NCBI RefSeq assembly: GCF_964204645.1
Contig: NC_134028.1
Span: 930,001-994,000 of the forward strand
DNA: 64,000 nt
Source of the DNA: Tubulanus polymorphus
Taxonomy: Eukaryota; Animalia; Nemertea
Direction of reading: 5' to 3'
How positions within the stretch are numbered: position 1 is the stretch's first letter; each line of letters opens with the position of its first letter. Both the position numbers and the translations under genes were made by a program. The notes under the pieces were generated by a model. The model ran no database searches, was not told the origin of the DNA, and saw nothing but the letters and a program-made list of their open reading frames with translations. Below, piece after piece: positions 1 through 14,091 of the stretch.

Positions 1-299
1 TGTTGACTAGGAGGAGCGATGAACCGGACGTGTACTTCACGGCACCGTTACCGGATAATGATTTTGTTTGTATAATCATTTATTCAGCTGCCTGCTCTTC
101 GTTACCTTTCTGTCACACTCATTAAGTGTGATTTTTAGCGGCTTAGTTTTTCCATCTGCACCAGTGACATTGCTAACCCTACGGCCGATGGATTCGAATT
201 TCGGCCAAAACATAGAATTACTACTCTAAAACTTGTATATAGTTGACAAATTATTTGAAAGCAAATCGCACAATGTGTCTCAGGAAATTTCTGCGAAGC

Positions 300-468
300 G
301 TCCCCCGTCTCTGCTCCGAGCGAAGCTTCCTTCCTCCGGCCCCGGTCTCTGCTCCGAGCGAAGCTACCTTCATCCGGTCCCTGGTCTCTGCTCCGAGCGA
401 AGCTTCCTTCCTCCGGTCCCCAATCTGTGCTCCGAGCGAAGCTTCCTTCCTCCGGTCCCTGGTCTCTA
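300..468. repeat. Minisatellite, ~39-40 bp unit (ggtctctgctccgagcgaagcttccttcctccggtccct), ~4 copies
   Basis: Direct tandem repetition; it accounts for the overlapping repetitive ORFs at 233-514. Confidence 0.9.
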
Positions 469-621
469 TACTGGCCTTTACCGTGTCATCATAAATTCAA
501 GTGGCTGTGTTTGACTTGTAAGTGGTTATACGTGATTCACTCTCACAGATTGGTGGTCATTTAATTTAACCGTCGACTAATCAGATTTACCACTGATAAT
601 TAAATCGGTGCAGTCGACATC

Positions 622-676
622 ACAGACACCGCAGACACCGCAGACACCGCAAACACCGCAGACACCGCAGACACTG
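622..676. repeat. 9-bp tandem repeat (cagacaccg)n
   Basis: About 6 near-perfect copies are visible. Confidence 0.9.
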
Positions 677-761
677 CCAGCTGCACCGCGCGCGGCCACC
701 AGTGAAAATATCTACAACTCGTATCCATCATGTACATCATAATTAATGAACGGATACCGAT

Positions 762-882
762 GGTGCTTGTGCTGCTGCTGGTGCTGGTGCTACTGCTGCT
801 GCTGGTGGTGCTGCTGCTGGTGCTGCTGGTGGTGCTGGTGCTGGTGCTTGTGCTGGTGCTGGTGGTGCTGGTGCTGGTGCTG
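762..882. repeat. Imperfect (CTG/GTG) trinucleotide microsatellite
   Basis: gtgctg/ctgctg runs; translations are poly-L/V and poly-S/T. Confidence 0.9.
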
Positions 883-1029
883 CCGTTACTGAAGTTGATC
901 GGAACTGAAATATCCGGCAACGTTTGAACTGTTCAGATTTATTGACTGGATTTCTGATGGACAGAGTATTGATTATGTTAGCCCCTTATGTTATAATAAC
1001 TTGATTGAACTCGGCATGTATAATTATAA

Positions 1030-1222
1030 TATCTCCGAGTACCTGCGGGGAACTGCGGAGAACCGAGCGGAATATCTGTCGGAGTATCTCGGAGAACCTC
1101 GGAATATCTCGGAGTATTTTGGAATATCTGGGAAAACCTCATCGGAGTACCTCGAAGTATGTCGGAGTATCTCGGAGTATTTCGGAGTATCTCCTCGGAG
1201 AACCTCGGAGTGCTACGGAGTA
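1030..1222. repeat. Degenerate ~10-bp repeat (cggagtatct)n
   Basis: Recurring cggagtatct/cggaatatct/cggagaacct units. Confidence 0.8.
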
Positions 1223-1579
1223 ACTCGTCCATTTCAATCAAGTCCACTAACTTTAATCTTGACGAATGATATGATATTGGCGCCTTTACTGAAACCGCTG
1301 ACACTGTGTTAATCAGCGCTAGACCGTGAATCCTCTCCCCCTCTATCCCCCCTGTCTCTCTCCGTCTCGCTCTCCCTCTAGGGTTTTGATGATCGATGTT
1401 TAGAACTATTTTAATTTTCGAAAGGCCACAGCATCATCAGTGTTGGATTAATGGATAAAAATGATACCACTCGAGCAACGTTTTTTTCCACTATTAATCC
1501 TAGTCGATCTGTCATCACTGTATCGACGCGGCGGCCCTGTCCTAAATAACTACTTAATTAGGCACATTGAAGCTCGTTG

Positions 1580-2345
1580 CATTCAGCCACAGTGTGGTCC
1601 TGTCTCTGGTCCACTGATATATTGATACATTCAGCCACAGCGTGGTCCTGTCTCTGGTCCACTGATATATTGATACATTCAACCACAACGTGGTCCTGTC
1701 TCTGGTCCACTGATATATTGATACATTCAACCACAACGTGGTCCTGTCTCTGGTCCACTGATATATTGGTACATTCAACCACAACGTGGTCCTGTCTCTG
1801 GTCCACTGATATATTGATACATTCAACCACAACGTGGTCCTGTCTCTGGTCCACTGATATATTGATACATTCAACCACAACGTGGTCCTGTCTCTGGTCC
1901 ACTGATATATTGATACATTCAACCACAACGTGGTCCTGTCTCTGGTCCACTGATATATTGATACATTCAACCACAACGTGGTCCTGTCTCTGGTCCACTG
2001 ATATATTGATACATTCAACCACAACGTGGTCCTGTCTCTGGTCCACTGATATATTGATACATTCAACCACAACGTGGTCCTGTCTCTGGTCCACTGATAT
2101 ATTGATACATTCAACCACAACGTGGTCCTGTCTCTGGTCCACTGATATATTGGTACATTCAACCACCACGTGGTCCTGTCTCTGGTCCACTGATATATTG
2201 ATACATTCAACCACAACGTGGTCCTGTCTCTGGTCCACTGATATATTGATACATTCAACCACAACGTGGTCCTGTCTCTGGTCCACTGATATATTGATAC
2301 ATTCAACCACAACGTGGTCCTGTCTCTGGTCCACTGATATATTGG
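1580..2345. repeat. Homogeneous 48-bp minisatellite, ~16 copies
   Basis: Unit cattcaaccacaacgtggtcctgtctctggtccactgatatattgata is repeated almost perfectly. The 16-aa periodic ORFs follow from 48 being a multiple of 3. Confidence 0.97.
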
Positions 2346-3307
2346 TGTTTGTGAATGATGTAAAATTGCCTGAGTAGATGTAAAGGGAATTAGATTACGG
2401 GAATAGGTCGATAGAGCACCAATTCGCTTCCTTTTCGGTGCCGTGTCATTTTGTATGTTAAGAACGATTTATGATTGATAAATAAATGCGAGGCGCGTAG
2501 GAGACAATATGACAACTGTATTTACACACATCTCCATCCATCAATTCCCGGGACTCGTCTTCCTGGGACGCGTGGAGTCGATATAGCGATACTGCTAAAC
2601 CAGATCCTTCTCCTTCTGATGTTGAAGAATCTCTAACAAAATACAACGAGCCAAAAATATGACACGCTAAAACTTAATTAGAAAATGCAGCTCGCTGCTA
2701 TTCTTACTGCGGCATGTGAGTAATGAATTAGTTGTTATATTTAGGGGCAGCACGTGACGGTCACAGATCGCTATGTCTACTGTGGCATGCGAGTATTTGA
2801 TATTCGCGCAGCTAGTCTGTAAAACGTGCGTCTTAAAAAATTTTAAGTCAAAAATGAATACGCGAAAGTAATTGTCATTAAAGACGAGACGTAATTCACG
2901 GTAATAAAAGGTTTCAACGCGTCTTAATGAAGTCTCTGTAAATCAGGGGTTTAACTGGCTTAGTGCACTGGGGAACATGAGTTATACAACCGTGGGGAAA
3001 ATTAGTTCGCGAGAGGATCCATAGATTCGTTACACGCTTTTCACCAAGAGCGCCTTCTGAAGTGGATATTTTTACCTCAGCTAGGATTATGGTAGAGTCA
3101 CTTCGGCTTTCGCCAATAAATCGTTGATCTAATATAAAACTATTGAAAAGGAAAATGAATGACCTTTTATGAAACCTATAAATCGATACAGTGAATAAAT
3201 GTCATTTGCGATCGATGTCACTTTCAAAAAGGTCTCCAATAAGTAGAGCAGTTTTTTCCCGTTTATTTGAAAGAACTGAAAGAGATTGGAGTATAAATAA
3301 TTATTAA

Positions 3308-4107
3308 AGGCCGAGGAGTATGGATGCTAGTTAACCGGGTGGCAAACACTTGAGATCGGCCGTCCCACTAACTAAAGTATCTTGTTTATAATGTTTAGAG
3401 TGAGCGAGGTTGGCACACAACAGAAAAGCAGGTCACACACAGTTAAATTTGACAAATTCATAAAAGTTTTCATATCAAGTTCTAAACTAATTTTAAGTAA
3501 TCTAGTCATAGTGGGAATGAAAATCTGATGCTAGCGATCTTTTTTTGAAGAGATAGGGCCAAGATTAAAGATTTTAGAGACATTTCAATTTTTTTGAAAA
3601 TCATTAATTTTTATCCGATTTCGATGAAATTTGGACACAACATTGATGGTAGATAGCTAAACAAGTGTACGAAATTTCAGACTGATCCATTGACCATGAA
3701 AAAAGTTTTGATGTTGCCAAATTTTGGTACTATGAATGAGGCTATGTTTTGTTTATGTATACTGATGACTATAGGTATCAAATTACTGTTCATGTGCTCT
3801 GTGAGCTACACTAATTCACTGGATAACTCCTCCCTCTATGTCATTCAAAGATTCAAATTTTGAAGGAAATACCAACTAAAAAGCTTAATTTCTCGTAGAG
3901 GAGGGCCTAAAACACATTTTTGACTGCAGAAATGAATATATTACACATTAATACATATGTCTGACAAAAAGGAGGGTCCAAATCGGATAACTGACAGAGA
4001 AAATAGGAGAATTCCAGTTTCAACCGTTGGAGCTCTCCACTGCACTATTGCTTCATGGGTACTGCCATCTTTGACATTGATTGGGCTTTTATACTGCTCC
4101 TCGGCCT
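3308..4107. mobile_element. Non-autonomous DNA transposon (800 bp), Kolobok-like
   Basis: Perfect 11-bp TIR aggccgaggag...ctcctcggcct with TTAA on both sides (3304-3307, 4108-4111). AG...CT termini with a TTAA TSD fit Kolobok rather than piggyBac. No ORF. Confidence 0.75.
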
Positions 4108-4446
4108 TTAAAGGCGATGGCAGTTATTTGTGAATAACGCCGGGAGACCTGCGTGTACATGACTGATAAGGGTCCACGCTACTGTTTATATAGTGTTTAT
4201 TTACCAGACTCGATCGGGTCTTTTCAAACCAAAAAATGACTGCCACGTAAATTGAGCGTTTCTTTGTCCACAAAAATACACCGACCGAATCCATGAATAA
4301 ACTGGTTGTAAATAGTTTATCGGTCGGTCACCAAGGTTACCTAATGGTGGTGATAAATTTGATGATTGTAATACGGTGAATACGAGGGTCATGATATACA
4401 CGATTCACTGACTGCGTGATTTAATGTTATCAAACACGGAAATCTA

Positions 4447-5362
4447 GACCAGTGCTATCTGCGGAATCTGGGCCGCTATCTGCGGAATCTGGGCCGCTAT
4501 CTGGGAAAGACCAGTGCTCTCTGCGGAATCTGGGCCGCTATCTGTGGAATCTGGGCCGCTATCTGGGAAAGACCAGTGCTATCTGCGGAATCTGGGCCGC
4601 TCTCTGCGGAATCTGGGCCGCTATCTGGGAAAGACCAGTGCTATCTGCGGAATCTGGGCCGCTCTCTGCGGAATCTGGGCCGCTATCTGGGAAAGACCAG
4701 TGCTATCTGCGGAATCTGGGCCGCTATGTGCGGAATCTGGGCCGCTATCTGGGAAAGACCAGTGCTATCTGCGGAATCTGGGCCGCTATCTGCGGAATCT
4801 GGGCCGCTATCTGGGAAAGACCAGTGCTATCTGCGGAATCTGGGCCGCTCTCTGCGGAATCTGGGCCGCTTTCTGGGAAAGACCAATGCTATCTGCGGAA
4901 TCTGGGCCGCTATCTGTGGAATCTGGGCCGCTATCTGGGAAAGACCAGTGCTATCTGCGGAATCTGGGCCGCTCTCTGCGGAATCTGGGCCGCTATCTGG
5001 GAAAGACCAGTGCTATCTGATGAATCTGGGCCGCTATCTGGGAAAGACCAGTGCTATCTGCGGAATCTGGGCCGCTATCTGCAGAATCTAGGCCGCTATC
5101 TGGGAAAGACCAGTGCTATCTGCGGAATCTGGGCCGCTCTCTGCGGAATCTGGGCCGCTATCTGGGAAAGACCAGTGCTATCTGATGAATCTGGGCCGCT
5201 ATCTGGGAAAGACCAGTGCTATCTGCGGAATCTGGGCCGCTATCTGCGGAATCTGGGCCGCTATCTGGGAAAGACCAGTGCTATCTGCGGAATCTGGGCC
5301 GCTATCTGCGGAATCTGGGCCGCTATCTAAGAAAGACCAGTGCTATCTGCGGAATCTGGGGC
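4447..5362. repeat. 62-bp higher-order minisatellite built of ~21-bp subunits, with 41-bp deletion variants
   Basis: Unit gaccagtgctatctgcggaatctgggccgctatctgcggaatctgggccgctatctgggaaa; gctatctg recurs every 20-21 bp. Confidence 0.95.
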
Positions 5363-5697
5363 TATAGCGCAATCTGGAGTATCTGTGGCTAGTGCTATCT
5401 GGGGAATCATGATTTTGATGTCACTGTTTGCTAGATTTCAAAGCAAAGCTCAAGCAACTATTTCGGATTCTTTTTTCTTTTGTTACGCGAAATTCTGTAT
5501 GATCGGATTCAAGGTGTTTCATCAATGGCTATCCTAAAATCAGATGATTATTAAGTCGAAATGCCGAATATTAACTTGATCGTGGGTAGGACTGTTATTC
5601 TTAGCGTAGGATTTTGAAAGGACCTTTAAATGTAGAAGTAAGAGATTCGGTTGATAGTAATGTCAATAGGTCTGACACTGCACAGACAGTGTCACCA

Positions 5698-6126
<429 letters not shown>

Positions 6127-9100
6127 ATCGCTCGAGTTCAAGCTTCAGATTCCAGATCGTTGCATTCTAAACCTCATTAAGTCGTCGTAAAAGCGATTAA
6201 TTCGTGAGACGGAATCGAGGGTTTCCATCGTAAATGCTAATAGCGGGATAAGAGTGAGTTTTTACTAATAGTAATTAACTACTGCTCGCCCTACTACCCT
6301 CGAGTTCACTGTGGAATAAACATCGGGCGGCAGGAGAATGGACTTATGATCGACAGAATACACTGGGAATTCGATGGCTGAGTGCATGTTATAAGGTCTA
6401 CTGTACAAAATCAAATCCGTCGAAATTTGGCGGTGTTAATAAATGGAACTGGAACTCGAATCATCAGACCTCTAATTCATCCTGTGAAATTGAATAAAGT
6501 GATCAATCACAGATACAGATAGACAGGCAGACAGACAGACTGTCCGATGTCTGTCTAGTTGTCATGCCACGAGCTCTGTTTGAAGTTAAACAGTGCATAT
6601 AAACCAATTAACCATTTTTAGACTTTGAAATGTAACAGTGACATTAGTAATCGACGTGGGAAATCATTGAGTTAAAGAAACAATATTGCAACAGAGCAGC
6701 AGAGGATCTACTTTATAAATAATAGAACATTTTATAGTGGTTTCCTCCATCGACTGATTCACACGCTTTACACAACACTGATAGTTCACAGAAATGCGCT
6801 GTTTTATGAATTAAACACGATGGATGACGTTCCATTCTTTACTCATCCATATTACAACTCACACTGGTCTATTACTCGTGCGTAGTACATGTAGCAGTTC
6901 ATTGAAAAATAGATAATTGCTTTATTGGCAATTTTGAGAACTTGACTTCTAAATGAGATACTGGGCTGTGGTTTCTACCTAGTCATCAGTCAATGGACGA
7001 TTACTTGTTTTTTCCATCAATCAACACAATACAATATGACGGAGGTCTCATAAACCCAGTCGAGCAACTGAATAGTTAAACTCGGGTTAAAGTTGTCGTA
7101 GCTGGATCGATTGTTATAACGATGACTTGTACAAATGAAGGATTAGTAAATCGAATTGAAAATTCAAATTGAGACTGAAAAGATTCGATGACTGTAAGTC
7201 GTGAATATGATGATAGCGGCAACTACAACAACATAGCGAGTTTAACGACTGTTTCACCGTTTAACCATTCGTGCTATTCCTGTTCGAAAACGGCAATCTT
7301 GCGATCATCTTCTTCAGTTTTAAACACTTCACAAAAAGTGTGTAAAAATCTTCTTTGATCGATCGCGCGATTGATATGAACAATATTGTTAGGTTTAATC
7401 ACCCGTTCAGCGCGTGACTCTGCCACACGTATGCCTGGAACCTCCACAGGAGATCTATTATAGCGAGACTTTGATCTTTTTCATAAAGGCGTTAAATATG
7501 CTCGTCTTAAGTAATACGAATCTTGTCATTTAGATAATTGGTGTCTCTAGTTCTTGGCAACAGAAACGAGTTTGAGCTGAAAGGTTCTGCCGTGTTTGGT
7601 GCTCTATCTAAATGGCAAATTGTACGAATTCAATTTCCTCATTTATAGAGTTTTGAATAGTGTTCGAGCCCAGCGGGTAACAGCCACTTTCAGTCAATAT
7701 TAATATATCATTGTTTAATCATTGTATGAAAGTCGACTCCGAGTAGCAAACAAGACGCCATGCAAGCATATCCATTTCCGGTGGTAAGGCGCCGCACGCG
7801 AAGCGCCTTTCACGGTACTAATACTCGGTGTGGAGCTGAGTTATATTGTACTAATTACACGTCGATTCCACATGAATAGTCACCATTGAAACTAGTTTTA
7901 AATAGTTAATTACTATTCATCGTAAAAAATTTAATGACACTACAGTTCAGAACAGGTTGTACGACACGAGTTGTCACAGTATTGCTAGAGAAGTGGTTTT
8001 TCAAGTTTCAAATATAGCTTTAACGATGGGTTTGATAGTGGATAATGCTTCTCTTGTCAGATATTCGATAATGTACGCTCATTAATATAAAAACAGGAGG
8101 ATTCACTAGTGCTCTGAACATCATCATCCTGATGCGACGTATCCTGCCTGAATCGGGTAACGTTTCTATGATATTGTACCCATTCACAGTTGCAATTAAC
8201 GACCTTCTGCCGGGTATAATGTGGCTTTTAAAGATTTAACTACTGCCGACACTGCGGGGGTCATTGCCTTGTCAAGCTCTTCATTAAATTTCATCTTCCG
8301 GCTACTTTCAGCGTCCTCTCGTTCAATAAGTGATGTTGTTGTCGTTGCTGTCGTATTGTGATGTGTTAAATTGAAACGGGAGAACGTTTAATTCAATATT
8401 GACTCGCGTGAAAGGCAATATCGCGCGCTTATTCACAACAGCGGAAACTTTATATCCTATTGGACGCGATATGAAGTATTAAAGATGTGATTTGAATATT
8501 AGAACACCGATGAACTATTTGCTGCCACGACCCCGAACTTGAGCCTGGAGGACCATGCAATAACGCTTCAGCCTGAAAGCTACAGGCCCTATGCAGACAT
8601 TCAAAACTTATTCACAATATTCTCCCATTTTGGACCGTCGATACCTCCCGTGTTCAGTGCTTCACCTGACACATTATCAATTGAAAATGAACAATACAAA
8701 CACCAGACATTTTATCAGCACACTTTTAAAAATCGAATGTCCACACTTCACTAAAGAGGTAAATGAGTTGTGGTTCTAGGCTGCGGACCGATACCCCTGC
8801 TACAGGTCTATACTAATTATCATCACGCATTTTCTATATATATATAGCACAACGTGGCGATTATCACTGCAGGATTCCCTGTCATGTGACACGTCGGTAA
8901 AGATGGCGGCGAAACTACTGCGAAATGCCCGGAGCGAACCATAATTGTATTGTGCCATGACGGATCTGAATTCTTGGCTAATGCGCCATATTTTCTTACA
9001 CATAAGTTGAGTTGGTTTGGTATTGCACGACGCCCGAAAGGCAAACGCAGGAATTCATTGCTTGATTCTATAACCAGGGTGTAACGTAGGTATTCACGCA

Positions 9101-10367
9101 TAGATAATATAATGATTAGATGGATGGAACAGCCTCCGGTTGTCTGCAACCATCGGCTACTTACCGCAGTTTATTTATTGTTGCGCTGAACACAATGAGA
9201 CACACACAAATTAAAGACCACGGTTGTGACTAGCATTAAACTTAGTTAATCATTGCATTTGTTTACGTCACAACCGGTTTTAAACCATCTCTAAACCTGG
9301 ATCAGTTCGTTCTAAAAAAATCGCGTCTCAACAAAGTATCGCGTCTGAACAATTTTGAAAGAAAGACTAGAAAGACAAGAACTAATGATATTTCGAAAGG
9401 GCGCTACAGGCAACAACAACACTGACGAGTTTAATTCAATGTTTAATATCGAGCTAATAGATTTTCGATCGAATTTTCAATCAATTGTGGAAACGCTTCG
9501 AGTAAATCACACTGGGGAAAGTTTCGTAAGAAGACTCGTAAAATTCCTATAAATCCTGTTAGACAGAAACCGTAAGAGTGGCAGTAATCGATTTCTCCTA
9601 GCGCCGTTTGGATTTTGTAATAGTATGATTTTAAAAAACTGATACCGCGCCACGGGAGGAAAAGAAAACATGGACAGACATGGAAATCATCGGGTAGATT
9701 CTCATCCGTCGAGTCGTCAGCGAAGAGAGGCAGAATTTACAGAGCATCAATCTTCAATTTGAGGAATAACTGTTGGATCATTTAACACGGATCTATTACA
9801 CGAAGAATTGCGCCGAATCGCGTGCGAGATCAAGTTTTTCGATATGCAAAAAATTAATCGTTGAAAGGGTAAAAAATGTCTTGCTTTTCTTGCTTCTACG
9901 ATGGATCTTTTGATAAGAGTCTTATAATAATTTTGCGAGTAGGAAATTAAGCCGACTTGGCGCAGCGGTGGAAAATCAATCTATTTCCCCCGTTGAATTT
10001 TAGTTGATGTCGTCCTGTGATCTGCTTTGTCGTGTTTCTTAATGAAAATACAAAATCCGCAATTTATTTCGCACAGATTTAACGCGGGGCAGGAGGCGAA
10101 GCTGCCACGAGAATCGGCTAATAACGTTTGGAAATTAAATTCTATTTGACACTTTGTCGCTAATCCTGATCCGGATCCGTCATGTTTTTCTCATTAACAA
10201 TGCCACATAAAATATCCACTTTAGATTGAATTCGCAGTTTGTATTGCTGCGTAAACAAGCACACCATATTTGGAATTACGGTTGTTTTTCCCTAGTGCTG
10301 TGATTGGTTTAAAGATGACCACATATGCATATGCAAGTAGCTCAAGCATTGGGCCTAGTATCATCAC

Positions 10368-10425
10368 TCATTCACCTGATGAAGCTTATATACATTAGAA
10401 GCGAAACATCGCGCGTCAAATAAAA
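10368..10425 (+). ncRNA. Degenerate hammerhead ribozyme-like motif (Penelope/retrozyme type)
   Basis: CTGATGA-a-GCTT(loop)AAGC-GAAAC-atcgcgc-GTC, then aataaa. Stem I is poorly paired. Confidence 0.45.
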
Positions 10426-10495
10426 TAGTTAACCTAAATAGTACTACTCTTCTCGTCTCAACTCGTCTCGTTATTCTAAACCCGGTTAACACCAG

Positions 10496-10603
10496 GACCC
10501 AGTTCCACAATCGTGAGTTCAGATTTGACTCTGAGTTAAAACATTGAAAATGAACTAATTTTAACTCAGAGTTAACTCTAATTCACAACTGTGGAACTGG
10601 GTC
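10496..10603. mobile_element. MITE family A (108 bp), PIF/Harbinger-like with CAG target duplication
   Basis: TIR gacccagttccaca...tgtggaactgggtc with cag on both flanks. Related copies lie at ~28712-28785, 43986-44086 and ~44745-44800. Confidence 0.8.
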
Positions 10604-11552
10604 CAGGCTACTCTACGAATCTTATATGATCATAGTTAGTGATTGGTCGAGAGCTGACCACCTGACAGTACGTACTCGGGGTAGATTTGGGCCCTCGCTG
10701 TTTCCAAAGGTTTAGTATGACGTGCCCCACCTCGTATGCACGCTATACTTCCATTAGTTTGTATAGAATAAAAAGAAGATCTTTCATAAATCGAAAATCA
10801 ATTTCCTTTTAAATCGGGGATGTTGTTTGTTTTTTGTTAGAAAGGCAACACACACACGCGCGTAGCATCGTGTAGTACAATCAACTAGTTGTATTAAATG
10901 GATAATAGTTTAGTGTTGAGATGATTGCCGCGGGGATACAACCATCTACTCTACAGTCAATATCTCATCCATTTGAGCTCCTCTTTTTGCTTACAGCGAA
11001 TACGCGCAGCATTCTACGTTAATTCGAAAATCAATTTGTAAAAATGGAAAACGCCACGCCGCCATTTTATAATTTGAAAACGAAGCCAATTGTAGTAGAT
11101 TTACGGGCTACATTATTTTAAATCGCATAAATATTAATGATAGAATTTCCTGAATGTCTATTAGTAGGCCCTAGGTCCTCCATTCTAGATATATATATTT
11201 TAGAATAAAGCACGATCTCCTTTTCGAAGTTGTGACGCGAAGCATTCTAATTTTCCCGAGCGACCGAATCCTGTTCGTTGTAAAAATCTAATCGATTTAG
11301 GAATTTTAACGAAGAAAGATCGCTCGCATTACTCCGACACGTTTCATGAAACTGCGTAATCAATTGTTATTCAATCTATAACAGGACCCGCGGGAAATGA
11401 ATTGAAGCGGCGAGCATTAGAATATTGTAAATAGCTCATGGAGCTCACATACACACCCACACACACACACAAAGATCGATAATATTCATCGATTGTGTTG
11501 GGTTCGAACCCAATTTTTCATAAGCCTGATGTACGTGAGGGTTACATTCAAT

Positions 11553-11660
11553 CTCCAATCGAGCTGACTACAGCAGTCTCCGATCGAGCTGACTACAGCA
11601 GTCTCCGATCGAGCTGACTACAACAGTCTCCGATCGAGCTGACCACAGCAGTCTCCAATC
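11553..11660. repeat. 25-bp tandem repeat, ~4 copies
   Basis: cgatcgagctgactacagcagtctc repeated. Confidence 0.9.
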
Positions 11661-12110
11661 CAACGAAGCTTTCAAGTGATGATGAACATAAGATAAATGT
11701 TAAAGGTCTCAAATCAAAAGACAACGATGAAGCTCAGTACGGTTCAGAGAAATGTGTCAGTGTTAGGTAGGACTACGCTAGGATTGTATCCATTTCTAGG
11801 ACTGGGTGAAGGGAATGTGACGTGTCTTTCATCCACCTCCTGTTTAAGGTTCTTGTAGCATTTATTCGTACAGTTAGTACAGAGGACAGTTTTAGAATGA
11901 GATTATTGACGGTTCTACCTCCTGGTCTATCGGTCGAGGATGAGAAACACGACTCCTGTAAGCAGGCTCTGGCACGTGAGGAGGGTATAATCTTATCGAC
12001 GCAAAGATTACGTGTGTATCAGGTTCATGCCTTTCTAATTTAGGCCTACGCAGCATGGCGGCGGCTGCGGCGTGTGGTGTATTAGGCCTACTACAACTTC
12101 TTTCATCCTA

Positions 12111-12161
12111 CGAGCAATTATCTAACTAATAATTTATAGATATTAGTTAGATAATTGCTCG
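12111..12161. mobile_element. 51-bp hairpin element (micro-MITE, probably Tc1/mariner-type)
   Basis: Perfect 21-bp inverted repeat cgagcaattatctaactaata / tattagttagataattgctcg, preceded by TA. An internally deleted copy flanked by TA lies at 41990-42012. Confidence 0.65.
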
Positions 12162-13769
12162 TTTCATCGGTCTTAAAACATATAAACTGCATACTGACCA
12201 CACCTATAAAACAATGGCTGAATCAATGGCCGACTTAAAGCTCGTAATTGGTCAAGAGCTGGCCAATGTAATCACACACTGTTTTCCAACCATCTTGGGT
12301 AGAACATGGACTATGGAAGAGTCCATGGGTAGAATTTATGCTCTTTTTGTCCAGTCTTCATCGGTGTTTTGTAGTTACCAGTGAAGGCTCGCTAATTTAT
12401 AGTCTAAATGCAGTCGCCCAGCAGCAAACAGATCACTGGTATCATTTTAGAAATAGTTCAGTTGTTCCGACAGTGATACACACACACTGCAAGAGCAAGA
12501 CGAATGACATCATACGCTAATTGAGGATGTAATATTGACAGTGTGTAAGTCTCACGAAATCAGTAACAATAATTAACCCTGCTTCATGTCGACAATTCAT
12601 TGATTTCCAATTTCAAAGCAATAACTCAAAGCTCTCGTGTATATACATCACAGGACGGGCGGTGATCTGATAATCCTACATAGGTGATCACCAATCTCCT
12701 ATACACGAGCAGCCAACAGCCCATTCCTACAGCCAATAATCGAAATACTGGCGGCCTGTTCACTCACATCAACCATTTGATACAGTTGTACGTAGTCATC
12801 AGTAAATGCATCGATCTTTTCCACTCATCTGCGCAGGAAGAAAGAATCGACGTAAAGGCGACCACCACCGACCACACAGAACATCCAATCAAATCAAGCG
12901 TCCTTTGATGCTACATCCGGTGAAAAGAGGTCCTCGAAGATAAAGGTAGCAGCAGCAGCAGCAACCAAAGTTTCCGATTTTTTTTACTCTCTTGTCGTTA
13001 GTCGCACAAATGAACGAATAGCCTTAGAGATATCTCTAGATATTTTGTGCATCGAGTACTGTTCAAGTATAGACATGGATAGATTTTCAGGCTGTAATTG
13101 GGTGACCTAAGTATCAGTTGCTAGGGGTAATGAAACTGGCGCGGTTGCTGCTACTAAATGACACTTCAATGAGAAGAGTAGTCGCGCCTTCAGCTCGGGA
13201 TTCGAGACGCCAGAATATTGTTATAGTCTATGTAAAACACGTTCGTAGTGATCCCATGTAAAGCGTAGAATGAGTTGATATAATATAGAACTATGATAAA
13301 AACTGATTATGGTAAAAACTTTAAAATGTTCCTGAAGGGTTATTTTCTGCCTCACATCTTTAAGCCGGGCCCCGCGAGCTAATGAATGCATCGTTACGAT
13401 AGCAAATGATTAACGAATTGACGTAAACGAGATGTTTTTATCAGATATTGTGCAGTAGAACATGACAGGTTGAGGGGTTGACTGAAGCAGTGTTGAAGCC
13501 AATGAACTGCGGTAGGGAACGAACCCGTTTACACAAAGCCGAGGAAATTACATTTGAACAACTGCCTCATTAGAGGGGAGCAGGCAGTGGCATGTGTGGC
13601 AATAAGTGACGCTGTAAACGTGAGACTGTTGAAGTACATACGGAAAACGTTGATAAATTGCTCTTTCACAGACCGGGCACATAAACACACATAACTCAAT
13701 ATAGCGGCAATTTTTATCAGCAAATCAGAGAAGGAGTTATAGTAAGAACCCCATGAGATCAGTCTCAGG

Positions 13770-13865
13770 CCATTTCTTAGAGCCAATCTTACGACTAAAG
13801 ACCAGTCATAAGATTTAAGACCACATTTGGACCTACGTAAGTCACGACTGCGCAACTGGGTTCAG
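13770..13865. mobile_element. Fragment of interspersed MITE-like family B
   Basis: agaccagtc...agaccacatttgga...gcaactggg motif shared with ~16690-16812, ~23745-23805 and ~59430-59512. Confidence 0.55.
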
Positions 13866-13944
13866 AATCCAGTTCTCGAGATTTTGGTTGCTTTAATATC
13901 AGAATATTGTCAAGTTAACCTTTTCCCATTGAAAGTACTTGAAG

Positions 13945-14091
<147 letters not shown>

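Noticed and set aside
1554-2377. 250+ aa periodic ORFs or a possible CRISPR array
   Set aside because: Pure 48-bp tandem repeat with no unique spacers, in a eukaryotic context with no cas genes. The ORFs are artefacts of the repeat period.
4452-5367. Long repetitive ORFs in three frames
   Set aside because: Translation of a stop-free 62-bp satellite; all frames give the same cycling peptide.
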